Assembly (NCBI GenBank): GCA_043228905.1
Contig: JBHGNT010000009.1
Span: forward strand, 21,824,001-21,888,000
Reading direction: 5' to 3'
DNA length: 64,000 nt
Origin: Azolla caroliniana
Taxonomy: Eukaryota > Plantae > Polypodiophyta
The number at the start of each line of letters is the position of its first letter. Positions within the stretch are counted from its first letter, which is position 1. Below are positions 25,651-44,100 of this stretch, one piece after another. The notes beneath the pieces were generated by a model. The model worked only from the letters and a program-made list of their open reading frames with translations, had not been told where the DNA came from and ran no database searches. A program made the position numbers and the translations under genes.

Positions 25651-28600
25651 ATTTTACTTGGTATTATGTTTTTTTGTAGATTCAACCAGCTATTTACACA
25701 TAATATTATCATCCTGTGGCAACCAGTTCTTATCAAGTTATTAGCTACCACTTAGCTAAACAACCATTTACAAATATTTGAATTAGTTCGTATAATTTGG
25801 TAGAGGTTATTTTCTCATCGTGGCACGAAAACGCATGTCCCTAAGAGTTTGCTTTCACATACAAGGTGTGTGTTTGAGCTTGCTATTTTAACGCACCAGT
25901 CAAGCTCAATAGTTTAATATGACCATTCATACGAAGATCTTGGATTCATCACGTCAAGCTCAAGAGATCAAGCGGAGAAGGTGCATGGTTGGATTTGTTA
26001 TTTCACATGTCCTTTCAAGCTCAAATGTGTTTTATTGTCATTTCTATGAAGAGCTTAAATTTATTCCTTGCACGGCTAGTAATGCTATTGCACTCTCCCC
26101 TCAAGCTCAACGACTCACGTGGACACATGTGATGAGTCATTGAAAATGATTTTATCTTCTTTGTGTAATTCTCTTTTCATGGTTTCAGCAATGTATTAAA
26201 TTTTCTACTTCCCTAGTAATTGAATCTACCTATATATTAAACTTTCATAACATTAGCATATTTGTTGTGAGTCATTGCATTCTTATGATCTTAAAATTCC
26301 CCTCTATCCTCTATATTGTGCTCTGATCGTGAGAGTTGGTGAATTCAACCCCACAATGCTTACAAAATTTGGAAGGCTCACACAAGTTTGAGAAAAGGGT
26401 AGCACAAATATCCCATGGACACGAACAACAATGTGTTGAACCACTTCAACGAGCCTATACGTTAGATATCCAACGCCCCTTGATCATACTGTGGTACCCA
26501 AAACTCCTTTGTGAGCACCTTAACAAGAAAAAGTATCTTAGGTGGGGAGGATATGAACATATGAAAGAAAAAGAAAAATATATAGAAATGGTGGAGGTTT
26601 GGTCTGAGAATTAGCCTCAACATAAATATGATGGTGCATAGAGATACACTCGTACTAACAAAACTTGCACAAATTCAAATTGAAGGATTTAACTAGTTTG
26701 TTCACAAAAACAAGAGTATTAATTCCAAGGCAATACCATACAAAACTTTGATGCCTCCTCAAGTTGTCTTAGTTATGAAGTTCAAGTGTTTTTGGGGCTA
26801 TGATTGACAAGTGGTCCTTTTGCAAGCAGGTAATCCATATAATTGTTAGTCCTAGACGTTACGGGCATGACCATATAATATCTCATGGTAAGATTGTACC
26901 GTAGTATTCTATCCATGTGGATAAAGTGTGAGGGTAACACTAGATGTTGAATCAATATGATTGAACATTTGTCACCTTTTTCTAATGCACGGGGAGAGAT
27001 TCCTTTTTTTTTTCGTGGTCACCAATTGTTATTTGTCGTGAGTTTTGGTGATGCAAGTCAATGATGATGGCTATCAACCAATTGAATGGCTAAGATATTT
27101 GCAAGAGGTTGTCACTTAACAAGCAATTGAGGATAATTATTAGGTACAAAGGACAATTGGTGACACTCTTGATACCTCACGTCACAATACAGTATTGATC
27201 GCATTTAACACTATTAACACACAAAGTGGCTCACTAGGCCAATTCAAATACTCAATGGATGTACTCATAATGACTAAGTAATCTTGAAAACACCTTAAGC
27301 ACACAAATGCTACATTTACAATTATCATATGAGAAGGTAAACATGGAATCAAATTATACATAATAACACGTAGAAGAAAATGCATAAGTGTATATTATAT
27401 TCTCTATCTTTGTCTACCCATACGGAGGCTTATGCATATGGTTTATATAGCCAAACAAGGAATCAAGCAAGGCATACTTACTCCTAACTTACCATAATTA
27501 ATATTTATAATGTTGGACCTCTCTAAAGGAGGGTCATTTTCCCACCAAGCAGGATAAATATACATTCTCACCAAACAACTTATAGAGATGATATGATATT
27601 TATCATTGTTCACGACACCAAAATAGAATGTTTGAAGTATTGTTCTCATGTCCCAAATAAGTACCATGGGTTAAGTTGCCTACGCCGCTCAATGGCCCTT
27701 GTAATGAGAGCTCAAATAATTTTAAAAGGATTACTTTATAGCGCAATTGAAAGCTCACCCTACTTTGTAAGAGAAACTTGATAGAGATTTTGCCGTAATG
27801 AAATTGTACTTTTATACGTGCTACATTGTTTCCATGTCACAAAATAGACACACCCTATGGTGTGTGAGAACTATAGAGACTGGCAAATGTAGTTTAATAG
27901 TAAGGTGATTTGATGGAGCCCATATGGTCTTTCATTTGTATCATTCTCCAACAGAGACCTTGAGATTTAAACTCGAATGTATGGATTAATAAAAACATGG
28001 GCAATTATTTACACCAATATAAAGATTAATACAATTGAGAAATGTATATGTATTGACAAAAGCCTACATATCTTTTGGCCTATATAATGACAAATGGAAG
28101 ATAGAATATTGACAAAAGTATGAATATCCTTTGGCCTATATGATGAGAAATGTATTTGAAAAAGAGGGTGAAATATTACATTTTGTGGACTATAAAGCTT
28201 TGATATTACTTTCGAAACGATACATTCAAAAGCAATAAATTACTTGATCAAAACACACACACACACACACACAATTATTGACTTACCCTCTCTGTTTCTT
28301 TATTATAAGCAATTCATTGTCGTCTAAAGCAAAACGCTAATAAGAAACAACGACTTTATCAATTTATTTGAGATAACTTGTTCAATCAGTCGAAGTCAGT
28401 CATTCTCTCTCTCATCCTCATGTAATCAAAATACTCTCTCCTTTTCACTTTCACTATCGAACTATTCCAGTGTGAAGTTATTTCACAAAATGCTAGTGAG
28501 AAATGCAGATGTCGAGCATGAAGTTGACATGATCGATACATTCAATGTAACTTGTTTGATCAATCGAAGCTATTAAGGCTATCAACAGAAAGATACTGGG

Positions 28601-28795
28601 TTCAATATGTCCCGACCTTCACACGCATGAGTGTAACTGCCATGGACACATTGATCACACCACTTGCGAGCTTGCCAGTTCCTTTTTCTCGCGTGATCTA
28701 GATAACATCAATTCATGTAGGAGTCAACATAGATTGACGGGTGAGAGTATGTAGCTATACCTAAAGGGCCCAAACAAAGAAAAGCAATTATGCTT

Positions 28796-28827
<32 letters not shown>

Positions 28828-29519
28828 GTGAAGCATCTCTACAGAAGGAAAAATTAGCCCTTTGGAGGCTACATATGTAAAATAAGCAAATATTTCCTCT
28901 TTTGAATTATTTGTTTTGCTATTTTAAAGCAATAGCTAATTCGGAGAAAAAAAAAAAAAAACAAAAAACAAAAAACAAAACAAACGCAAATACAAAATCT
29001 CTTGAGGAAACGAATGAATCTATTTGTTCTTTATGAGCGGTCAGATTCTCTGCAGAAGAAAAGGGAGAAGAAGAAGAAGAAGAGGGATTCCATTTGCGTT
29101 TCCTTTGATCTCTCTTTAAATCATAATAGAAAAAACAGAGACATACACACATAGTATATATATATGTAACTTTGATGCAGAGAAACTGCTAAGTTTCTTA
29201 GCGTTACAAAGAAGCAGGACAAGGGAAAAGGAACAGAGATTCCCAATTGGGTTTTATTTTTATTTTTATTTATATGCACTTTTCCCTTAATCTGTCCCCA
29301 CACCGTAAATAAACAGAGATATAAGCTGGAAAAAAAAGTGCGAAATTTCTCGGAAGGTCAAGAAGAATAAGAATAAGAAGCAGCAGAGATGCCAATTGTA
29401 AATCAAACAGAGATCTGAAATAGTAGAGATTTTCTCAATCTTCAATCTATCCACAATTGGTTTCTCGATCATGGTTTGGATTCAGTAGATTAGTTATATT
29501 GCAAAAGTTGCACAACAAA

Positions 29520-34111
<4,592 letters not shown>

Positions 34112-34959
34112 GAAACAAACGTTTTGTATAAAATGAGGTTGTCCAATAATAAAGCGAAATAAAATTCAAACCCTCAAAGAGAATGAATGAGGATTTGGAA
34201 ATGTAAAAAGGAGTGCCTCTCTAAATGGGGCAAGCCATGCTCTAGTACTTCTACACACAATTTGTATGTTTCCTCAAACATTATTTTAGCTAATACATGT
34301 ACATGTAGTTTAATTCTAAACCATATATTTTGCATATGCATACTAGTTTGAGTCTATTTTGTTTTACCTTAGTATTTGCTACTTTCTTTTTCCTTCTGTA
34401 CACAACGCACCTCAATGAGATTTTGTTGTTAGTGCCACTTTCAAACCTTCCATAAACCTGAGTATCAAGTTGTTTCATTATGGCAAAGTCTTTTTTATCT
34501 ATCTAGACTTACTCTTTTCGGTAACAGAATGCTGAGATGAAAGAAAACAATGCAGACCTTCCCTTTTGGACCAAATAAATGCATGAATTGGATATGAACT
34601 GTTTATAAATGTTAGTCATGTAAAAGCGAGAAATTTTGGATGAATTGAGCGGATACCATATCATTGCTTGGGTAGCACATATATTGAGAAAATGGGAATG
34701 AATATAGCATACAATTGCTAGAATGGCATTGCTTTACTAACTTCTAAGGAGGGTTTTCACCATAGGCATTTGGGGAGAATAACAAGGACTTAGGGGCAAC
34801 AATTATTTATGCAATTCTAATATGTGTATAGATTCAATTATGCATATGTTTTTTCAGAAATATGTCAACTATAATATCTTACCATGAACATATAGTGCCA
34901 TTGGCTCTCCAAGAAATATGATGAGCACTATGAATTGGTAACTCTTTGGGAGTTTCAAA

Positions 34960-35450
34960 CCTAAACAACTCTAAACCCAACTATTTAAAAAATATTAAAC
35001 TAAAGTGAAGTATAAAACCTTTGGGCCAAAACTCTTCAAACAAAACCACTCAAGGGATTTTCAAGCTCAAACCCAAAAAGATTCATGAGACCTACACACC
35101 CTTAAGCCATTAGGCTGCCGCTTCATGGTTTAGCTTTGGCTCGAGCCAACTTATCGACGACATTATACTCTATTTTCAACTTTTCAAGAAAGGTTTATTG
35201 TTTTAGTATTAAAAAATACTAAAACTTACAAGAATTGTTATGATTCAAAATTTAAACTTAATAAAATATCACGTAATTTATAATATGTATAATAATATTT
35301 CAAAAATGTTCCCATAACCATTAAGCCATTCAGTTGATAGAGGCTTAAATTGAACCAAACCTAACCCTTTAACCGCCAAGCCAAACCAAACTCTTTACAA
35401 ATTCCTAAATGTGAACCAAACCTCTTAAGCCCAGGTTTTACAATTCAACT
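34960..35450. mobile_element. Decayed hAT-type MITE-like sequence
   Basis: Clusters of aaacc/gaaccaaacc/ttaagcc subterminal-type repeats around an AT-rich core; termini not resolved. Confidence 0.35.
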
Positions 35451-35798
35451 AAATTTTTGCCAATTCCTACAAATCACATTATTTTGTTTTGAAATGATTG
35501 TCTACAAATGCCATGTTGGTATATCTTGGATTTGAATGTTCTAGGTAATTTATGTCCTTGCTAATATTGGACTTCAAAGTTTGAATTCTATGAATGTCAT
35601 GACCAAGAGTAGCATTAGGCCATTTTTTAGATGTATGTAGGTATGGATGTAGACAAACTGCCTTAATGTTGTATGGTGGACATGCATAACAACCCTCACA
35701 CATGGGACCTATTGTATAAGGGCATGTTCCATGGTTGGGAGGACATGCCTTTGTGAATAATCTACTTCTTATTCTTCATCATGACACAAGTCATCTAT

Positions 35799-35867
<69 letters not shown>

Positions 35868-35871
<4 letters not shown>

Positions 35872-36380
35872 ATTATTGTCTTCAGAGATAAAATAGGACC
35901 CATCATCAAAGACAAAAAATATTACATTTCACGTAATACATGCAAAAGTGAGTAGAAACTCTCGATGTTCAAGAACTTTACCAATGAATATTGCAATTGA
36001 GATTGCGCACATCGTGACAATGAGAGAAATTCATGCAAGTATTGGGTTTGGTCGAAGTTGTGTGGAAAGCATAGTCAAATGTGATAAAAGGCAAGGCATT
36101 GTATCAAAGTGTGATACGCAAACTATTGACTTTTTTCAGGCAAAGTGTGCATAGTCAAGTACTCCCATCACTTGTGCCCTAATGCCCTGCCCCACATCAC
36201 AATGTGTGAGTGGTAAGTCACATTGAGAAAATGGTTCTAATGGTACAAAATGAGATGGGATCTAACATGTATTGATGTGTGTGGTTTTCTCGTGTAGTGA
36301 AGAATATGGTTTTGTAGTTAGGTGCAACATATGTAGTATACCGTGTGAAGCATGAGCCTACACATTTTCCCCATGTCATG
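35868..36380 (-). mobile_element. 5'-truncated RTEX-like (non-L1) LINE 3' end with a (CT)n tail
   Basis: Clearly homologous over about 370 bp to 63098-63468; the minus strand encodes TIRTIFSM*LTTHTL...LCTLC...YHTLIQC; (GA)n at 35802-35867. Confidence 0.75.
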
Positions 36381-38477
36381 ACGACTCCCTCTAATTGCAT
36401 CGCTTGAAGTCGTTGGAGATTGATGTGGCTGATTCTCTTGTGCCACAACTCAATGTTCGTCTCGATTTTGAGACCTTTGACATACATGGACGATTTTACC
36501 TCGTCCAAATCGAGAATAAACATTCAATTGTCTTTTCTTCCTCCAACTATGAGTCAACCATTCTTTTCAATAAAGCATCCTCCGTTGTTGAAACAGACTT
36601 GCATGCCTTGCTCCACGATTTGGCCGACCGAGACCAAATTCTTTGTTATTGTAGGAATGTGGAAGTCCTTCTTGATGCAATTGTTTTTGCCGTCTTTGCC
36701 GAATGGAACATTGTCGATGTGCCGAATGGGATGTGTGGTGTCGTCTCTCGTCTCTATGTAGCCGGGTTGACCCGACGTTCTTAAGTCACGAAACCATTCT
36801 TGGTGTGACGTCATATGATTTGAGGCACTAGAGTCGACGAACCACACGTCTTTCGAATTGGAGGTGCTAGTGGATTCAGATTCCGACATAGAGTTAGCCT
36901 TATGTCGCATGATGAACAATCTACCATGGTCTTCAAGGTCGGAGTTGGTGGCATAGTTTGTGAGTTGTTGGCTTGTGGAAGTTGGCTCACTTTTTTTTCT
37001 TTCGGTACTCCTCTTCATAATGGTTGATCTTCCCACAATAATTGCAAGTAAGTGGCATGGTTTGCCGACCTTGTTTGGCATGGAAGCTCACCCTTCTTCC
37101 GAAGGTTCCTCGAAGGCTTCCGTCTTCTTGTCAAAGGTTTGCGTTCCCTTCGTGAGATGGGCCAAATCAACCTTTTCTACTATTGTGACCTCGTCCTCGA
37201 CCACCATTCGAATTCTAGAAGGACATTTGTCCTTCTAATGTCTTACTCTTGGTTCAGACGTGGTTCTCTTCAATCAATAACATTGATTGAAGGTCAAAGA
37301 ATGAAGGAGGGTTTTCTCTCGCCAAGATTGTTGTCCTTATCGGATCAAACCGTTGTGCAAGGTTGCCCAAGCACACTTGCACCATTTCGTCCTCTTCAAT
37401 GTTTATGTTGATGGAGCTAAGTGAGTCACAAATGCTCTTGATCTTGATGGTGTAGTCTGACATAGACAAATCCTTTTGTCGTATGTTGTTCAACTCTTGC
37501 CGGAGTTAAAGTTTGTGGGTAGTTGTGTTGGCAACGAAGGTTTTCTTCAAGTTCTCCCACACTTCTTTAGGCGTCTTGGTGGGGTCTTGGCGTCTTGAAT
37601 GTGGCTAAGCATGTGATCATGGACACATGTTGCAAAACAATACATTACCTGACTTGCTCCTTGCTCCCACGTTGGGTAGTGGCATTTGTGATGTTGGGTT
37701 TATTTTCAAGGGCGTCGTTGATATAGCACCAATACCCTTGGCCGACTAGGTATTATTTCATCTTATACTCCCACGATGAAAATTTGCTCCAATCTAGCTT
37801 TTCACTAGGGAGTGAGCCACCCATTAGTGCGTTCATGTTGATATGGTGTGTTCCTTTTTTACTTTTCTTCCTTCGGTCACGTCTATGTAGCAACACTACG
37901 ATCGCGGATCGCTAGATTTGTCGTCGACGTATTGAACATGCAATCATTATGAGTTGGGTGGGCTTAGTGGAAATGCTAAACCACACGCTTTGATATCATG
38001 TTAATAATTAGGTAATTAACTAAGGGTTAACTAGTATCTAATTATGTGAATAGTTAATCATGTATGTGATTAAGCAGTGGAAGATTATGTGATATGTGTG
38101 TGTATGTGTGTGTGAGAAAGAGAAAGAGGAAGTCACACGTATGAACAATAAGATAAATGGGAGATGATTAACAAGAGTGTAGTTAAAGTCCTTTCTCTAT
38201 ATTAATAAGCATCAAAGAACAAAGATACCCACAATGAGGTATATATACATCTCATGTGGAAGGGTGCACATGTGTGAGGAGAATATAGGTACAAGGATGT
38301 AAGTCCTGTATTCAATGAACTTGGTAATGGTGGATCTAGAATGTATCCCCACTTAAGTACAAAATCCTATTTAAGACTTTAAGGTCATCAACATTTCTAA
38401 TTAAATTCTAATTATGTAAGAACTAAGTTACATGGTTAACTAAATAACTAAACCTAGTTGAGCTTGATATCTCAACA
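36381..38477 (-). mobile_element. Truncated Ty1/copia retrotransposon: 5' LTR (37999-38477), PBS, gag, protease, GAG-pre-integrase
   Basis: LTR bounded by TGTT...AACA; degenerate PBS tgatatcaaagc (37987-37998); gag NNIRQKDLSMSDYTIKIKSICDSL; protease WFVDSSASNHMT; LWHKRISHIN. Contains frameshifts. Confidence 0.9.
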
Positions 38478-38659
38478 TATTGGAAGTGTCAATTTTGGCC
38501 CTTTCATGTACAACTCAAAGTGATGCAATGTATCTTGATACCCATGTTATTATCTTTTTTACCATTACTTCCTTGGACAAAGAAGGCATTACAAATATTG
38601 TTGCAACCTCTTCGGTTCATGTTGTGGCGGAAGGGAGAAACAATGGGAGTTACATGGAT

Positions 38660-39965
38660 TTCATAGGACCATTTGGCTAGCCCCAAACAGTTAGGTGGTG
38701 CAACAATATTAGATTTGGAAATGCATTTGATGGCTTGTAGATTTGCATTATTACAAGATATGTGTCAACAAGATAAACCATGGATATGTATGATGCAATA
38801 TTTTATCAAAGATGATGGGTTGGTGCATGGGAAAACAAAGATTCAAGCATTGTGGTGGTCATTACTCAATGGATGTATTCATGTAAAGATTCGACATTTT
38901 GTATGCGGACAACAATTGGTAAGGTCATGGTAAGATGCATTATCTTTTTTTGAGTGGGCACCATCAAGTGATTGAGAATTTTGTAATTCATTACAGAGTG
39001 AATTGCTCGTTTCTTCTCGAGTGTTGTATTGGCATGGAAAAGAGAAGCGGAGATCTCAATTCAATCGTTTATTTCGATCGGGGGATGTACATTTGGGAAA
39101 TGTGGTTGATAATGAATCTCAAAGGTTGCTAGAATTTGAAGATGTTAAATGAAGGTTATGTATTCCCCCAAAATACAGATTTATTTGGGAGAAATTACAT
39201 AATATACCATTGTTGCATGGATCTTTGCCATTGAAACAAAATGTTGCACCTTGGGTGAATTGGCAGTACAGGATGGTACACACTTGTTACAACTCACTAC
39301 AAATATATTGTATCATCATCCAATGACATCATTGTCTTGTCTATCTCCTAAAGCAGAAAATGTGTGGAATGTATGTAAGTCAAATGCAAGGTGGCGACAA
39401 ATATTACAATGTGGTTGGCATTCCTATTTGCCATATCGTGCAAAGGTATTTCATATGGAGAGTCATGATTAGGTTCACCCTTAAAGAGACGAGGATTAAG
39501 GTCTAACATTGGTTTCTTTTGCACCATTCTATTGGAGGACAATACACATAGGTTCGTTAAATGTCCTATAACGTGCATCATTCAGAAGTACTTATTGAAC
39601 ATTTGGCAAGTTTTAACCTGTTGTTTTCTGAGGACTCAACAATGGTTTTTTTCTCGGTATGTTCAAAATGGTCCAAATGACGAGATGGAGATATTGTTCC
39701 AATTTTTACGAGATTGGGGACTACAACACAATTGGAATATGTGTAATGCTTTCATGTTTGATAATAGTCATGGGGTGAAAGCCTATACGAAGAAGTTGAA
39801 AGGTATGTCTTATGTGAGATTTTTGGATGTTTAGAGCATGAGGGAATCATTTCCTTAAGTGCATATTCTGGGTTTCTAATGGCATTACAATATGTCTCTC
39901 TTCTTACATAGGATGGATAGGTAGAGGAGACTAAAAAGTGTTGTAATGAATGGATTATACGTAAC
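38660..39965 (+). mobile_element. Decayed L1-type LINE 3' fragment
   Basis: PKQLGGATILDL (cf. PRSKGGLGIID), then W..LPYRAKVF and FCTILLEDNTHRFVKC (zf-RVT-like); many frameshifts. Its 3' end recurs at about 40468-40610. Confidence 0.7.
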
Positions 39966-39984
39966 AATCGACAACGGTTTGGTT

Positions 39985-40465
39985 TGAGAGTGTCGAAACC
40001 TTACTTACTGTTAAATTTTTTTGAAACTTGAACCGAACCACTAAACCATTTGAACCGAAATTGTTTAAACCAAAACCAAAACCGTGTTAACTGAACCATT
40101 ACAAAAAATCCAAATTGTTAAACCATTAAACTGTTAAAACTGCGGTTTCGTAGTTTGGTTTTGGTTTTCAAGTTAGGTCAAAATTCAAAATTTTGATTTT
40201 AAATTTATTTATTTATTCATTATTTCAAATTTAAAATTTTCAAAAAATAAAAGATTTTCCTAAAATGTGAGAATTAGGCTTAAAAATGAAAAAGGTTATT
40301 TAATAAAATATTTAAAACAATAATCAAATGGCAACCCTAAACCATCAAACAGTTTAAACCGAATCAAACTATTCACCCCCAAACCGAACCGTTAAAAAAA
40401 AGCTCAAACCAAAACTAAACTGTTTAAACCGTTAACCTATTAAGCCGCGATTTCGTGGTTCTTCA
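39985..40465. mobile_element. hAT-type MITE-like element with AAACCG/GAACCG subterminal repeats
   Basis: Dense aaccgaacc/aaaccg/tttaaacc repeats at both ends of an AT-rich centre; TIR and TSD not resolved. Confidence 0.55.
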
Positions 40466-40630
40466 AATGCATATTCAGGTTTTTTTTAATGGCATTACAG
40501 GACGTCCCTCTCCCTACATACAAGTAATGGCATATGATATACATACATAAAAGGTAGAGGAGACTAAGAAGTGTGTTGTAACTAAGTAGATTTTACATGC
40601 AATTAGTATAATATAATTGTGTGCTTTTAC

Positions 40631-40673
<43 letters not shown>

Positions 40674-41107
40674 TTAGACTCTAGTGAGGGTTTTTGGGTG
40701 GGCTAAAAATATAAATAAAGAGAAGTATGATGATCTCTTTGAAGAAGAAGAAAGTTCGAAGCATAGTATGGTCAATAACGTACATTCGCATTCGCGAATG
40801 TTTCTACCATTCGAGAATGGTAAACACCCTCGAGGTATGGTAAATACCATACTTTTGTATTCATTATTTATTTATTACAAGGTAAATTTTGTGTTTTTTT
40901 AAAAGGTAAGAAAGTTAAGGTAAAAAGAAACATGAGAATGTTTTTGATAACATACGCATTTAGGGGTTTGCATTCGTATGAAAACGAATGTGTCGCGAAT
41001 GCATTCGAGTATAAAGGGAGAGATGCCACTGCTTTCTTTATACATACATACTCTGTTTCGTTCCTTCCTTTTTGCCTGCAGAAGAATCCTCCTCTGTTGG
41101 TGTGGCC

Positions 41108-44100
41108 ATGGACGTCTTCCTGGAGCCGAAGCTCGACCCCGATGCTCCCCCCACTCACCCCCAACAGGCTGCCAAATCCAAGTTCCAACCTAAAGCTAAA
41201 CCTCGGGGTAAAGCAAGACCAAATTCAGCTGCACCTCCTCCCAAGCAAACATCTCAGGCAACACAACTGCAGGTGGAAGAAGAAGGTCCGGAGAAAGAGA
41301 AATTCGATGAAGAAGCCCCTCCGATGGTACCCGCTCACGCCCCCATTCGCTTGGATGCCGTAGATGATACACCTCCTCCTACCCTCATTACACCGAAAGC
41401 CGAGCCTTTAGAGAGCTTCCCTCTTCTCTCAGATGTATTTGTGAAGCTCGAGAAGCTCGATGATGGTGAGGATGTAGAGATGAAGCATGGAGAAGATGTG
41501 GAAATGAAGAAAGAGGAGATTGTGAAGAAAGAGGAACCCAATCCTGATCTCCCTGGTAGCCCTTCCTTTGTCGAGAATGTCGACAGCGTTGTTCGTGAGA
41601 TTGATGTTTATCTTTGCCCTGGTATTGCAGATACTAAGGTATATCATATTAATATTGCCGTTTATCATTATTATTATTATCATGTGTGACTGAATTTTTC
41701 ATGTTTTAATATTGATGTTTCCTGCAAATGTATTGCTGGTTTTTTGGGGAGCACATCACTTGTGGGTATATGTTGAATTTTCTTTTCTTTTCCCTACATT
41801 GCAGAATCGAAGGTATAAGTTAATTATAGTGTTCGTGTTGTTTCACTATGTGCAACGAAATCTTCCTATCTTTAATAGCACCCTACATTGATGGTTAGAC
41901 TTGTTTTTCAATGTTCCTTTGTGGTTATATGGATGCTTTTTTGTTTGATTGCATCAATGTTTTTGGTGTTTTTATATTGAGTTATTTGCGTAGATATGTT
42001 TGTGTTTTTCTTGTAGTTATATTGACGTTTTTTCTATGGTTCTGGAAGCTCTATCTTTTGCAATATCCTCTACGACCACATTGGCGACCATATGGACTCG
42101 AGGAAAGATGTGATTCCGTGAGCTTCTAACCCTAATTGCACATCCATGTACATTGAAGCTCCGAGCTTATGCTTGTTTCCATTTCAGGTGAGAGTCAAGC
42201 CGAAATTGACAAAACTTGAAATGGATCTTATTGTTGATACCACTGGAGATAATTATGATCAGGATGCTGATGAACACCTACTAATTAAAAAGCAAGTAAG
42301 TGGTGTATTACAGTCATAAAATCTGGTTTCTTTACTTTGAATGGAATTTTTTTTGACTTTGATGTTTGTGATGGTGAGGAAGACATTAGGTTCATCCAAG
42401 ATAGCATTGACAACAAATTATGCAGTGGGCCTCTTGCGAGGCAATCAGGTGTGTTTCTAACTCAAAATATACAGCTTCATTGGGATTCGTAACTCATCCC
42501 TGATAGGTGGTTGCACTTATCCACATATTAGATGTTTCAATGGATTGAACCTCATATCAGTGTGCCATAATGCGTGCAAGGAATATCATACAGGATTATG
42601 TGCCATGGCTCACCGATTATCCTGGCATATTTCATGAATTGTGGATATAAAAAATTTACAGAGTAGGATTTAGGCCGCATATGGAGAATATGAATAAATT
42701 TTCAAACTTCTTGTTTTGACTGTTTCCCCTAAATTGGGATAAAAGCAGCCTCATCTATGTATGGTTTCATAAATTCTTTTTGGAAATGTCTTTTGCAGCA
42801 GAGTCTTTTCCTTTCCAAATGTGCATTTTATACTTAGGCTTATGTTTTCATAAGCTGCAAACTATATTATGGGAGTCTTTTGCATGGGCTTGGGAAAATT
42901 TAATCATAAATCTATGCAAGTGAAAAGATAATTTGACTTCAATATCTTTATGTCATATGTAGTTATTTGTACTAGTTATTGGTTCGGTGTGCACAGGTCG
43001 TTTGCAATAAATTTATTCCAATATTGAAACTGATACACATTTATTTGCAGCTTCATTTTGCTCCTGTAGATGCTATTCTTCAGATGCGACCATCTATGAA
43101 GTACTTGGATGAGGCTGATGTGAAGAAGAAAAATTCAAGGAAAGTTATTGAGGATGAGGATATGGTTGATGTTGAGAATGATGATGAGGAAGAAGAGAAC
43201 GAAGAGAAACCACAACTTGTAGCTTTAAAGGTTTGTGATGTTTGTGAACTCGTGCATAAAACATTACATGTTAGGCTTTTTACTTGAAATTATGTGATGG
43301 TTCATGTTGGTGCTAAAAAGTTGTGTTATACATGCCACCTAATATGTGATTTGGAAGCATTTGGGTTTGATGTATGGACATTGTGGAAGTGTCTAGTGTG
43401 ATAACCTCTATGTATACAGAATGAATCCGTGTCCTCATGAATCCGTACAAAAAACAAATGATACAGTTTTCTCAAACACAAAGCCTGATGTTCCATTTGC
43501 ACACATCCAACAAGATTCTTAATCCCAGAGTTTTTCATCGTGTCTCTTATTATGGCAGGTGGAGGTGAAAAAACAGGAAACAGAACGGCAAGAACAAATG
43601 AGGCTTCAGTCACATGCCCATCTAAGGCAAATTGATGCAGCTGAGGTCAGGTTTTTCATCATTTTTCCATCAATATTCAAACAGGATGATGCTTCCTAAC
43701 AAAGTGCATCTTTTCTTGTCTTTACAGCCATGGATTTCACTTGAAACACATGGTACTGATAGTCCTATAACTGATCAAATTCGGCATGCATTGACATCAA
43801 TAGTTGGAGATAAAATCCCATTTGGCATGCCATTGTATGATATGACGCTTTTGAGACTTTGGTTGTACTTTGAAAATCTTTAGCATTGGTATATTCTGAA
43901 CATTAATTTTTTGCTTCAGAACCGAGTATATCAACCATCTTGTGCCAGGCCGTGCAAGTTTGAGTGTCTTCGAAGCAGCTGCTCATGATGCCAATGTTGA
44001 TGAAGGTCTTTCAAGAAGGTAAAACCAAATTGGTAACGTAGTTGTAAGTGACAAAACATTGTGATTTTCAAGTTTTCTTCAAAGTGTGGCTAGGGTTTAA

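Noticed and set aside
26300-27960. Faint retroelement-like peptide fragments
   Set aside because: Too decayed to assign to a family by eye.
36218-36523. 101-aa ORF as a novel gene
   Set aside because: It is a chance in-frame junction of copia pre-integrase sequence and the RTEX-like fragment.
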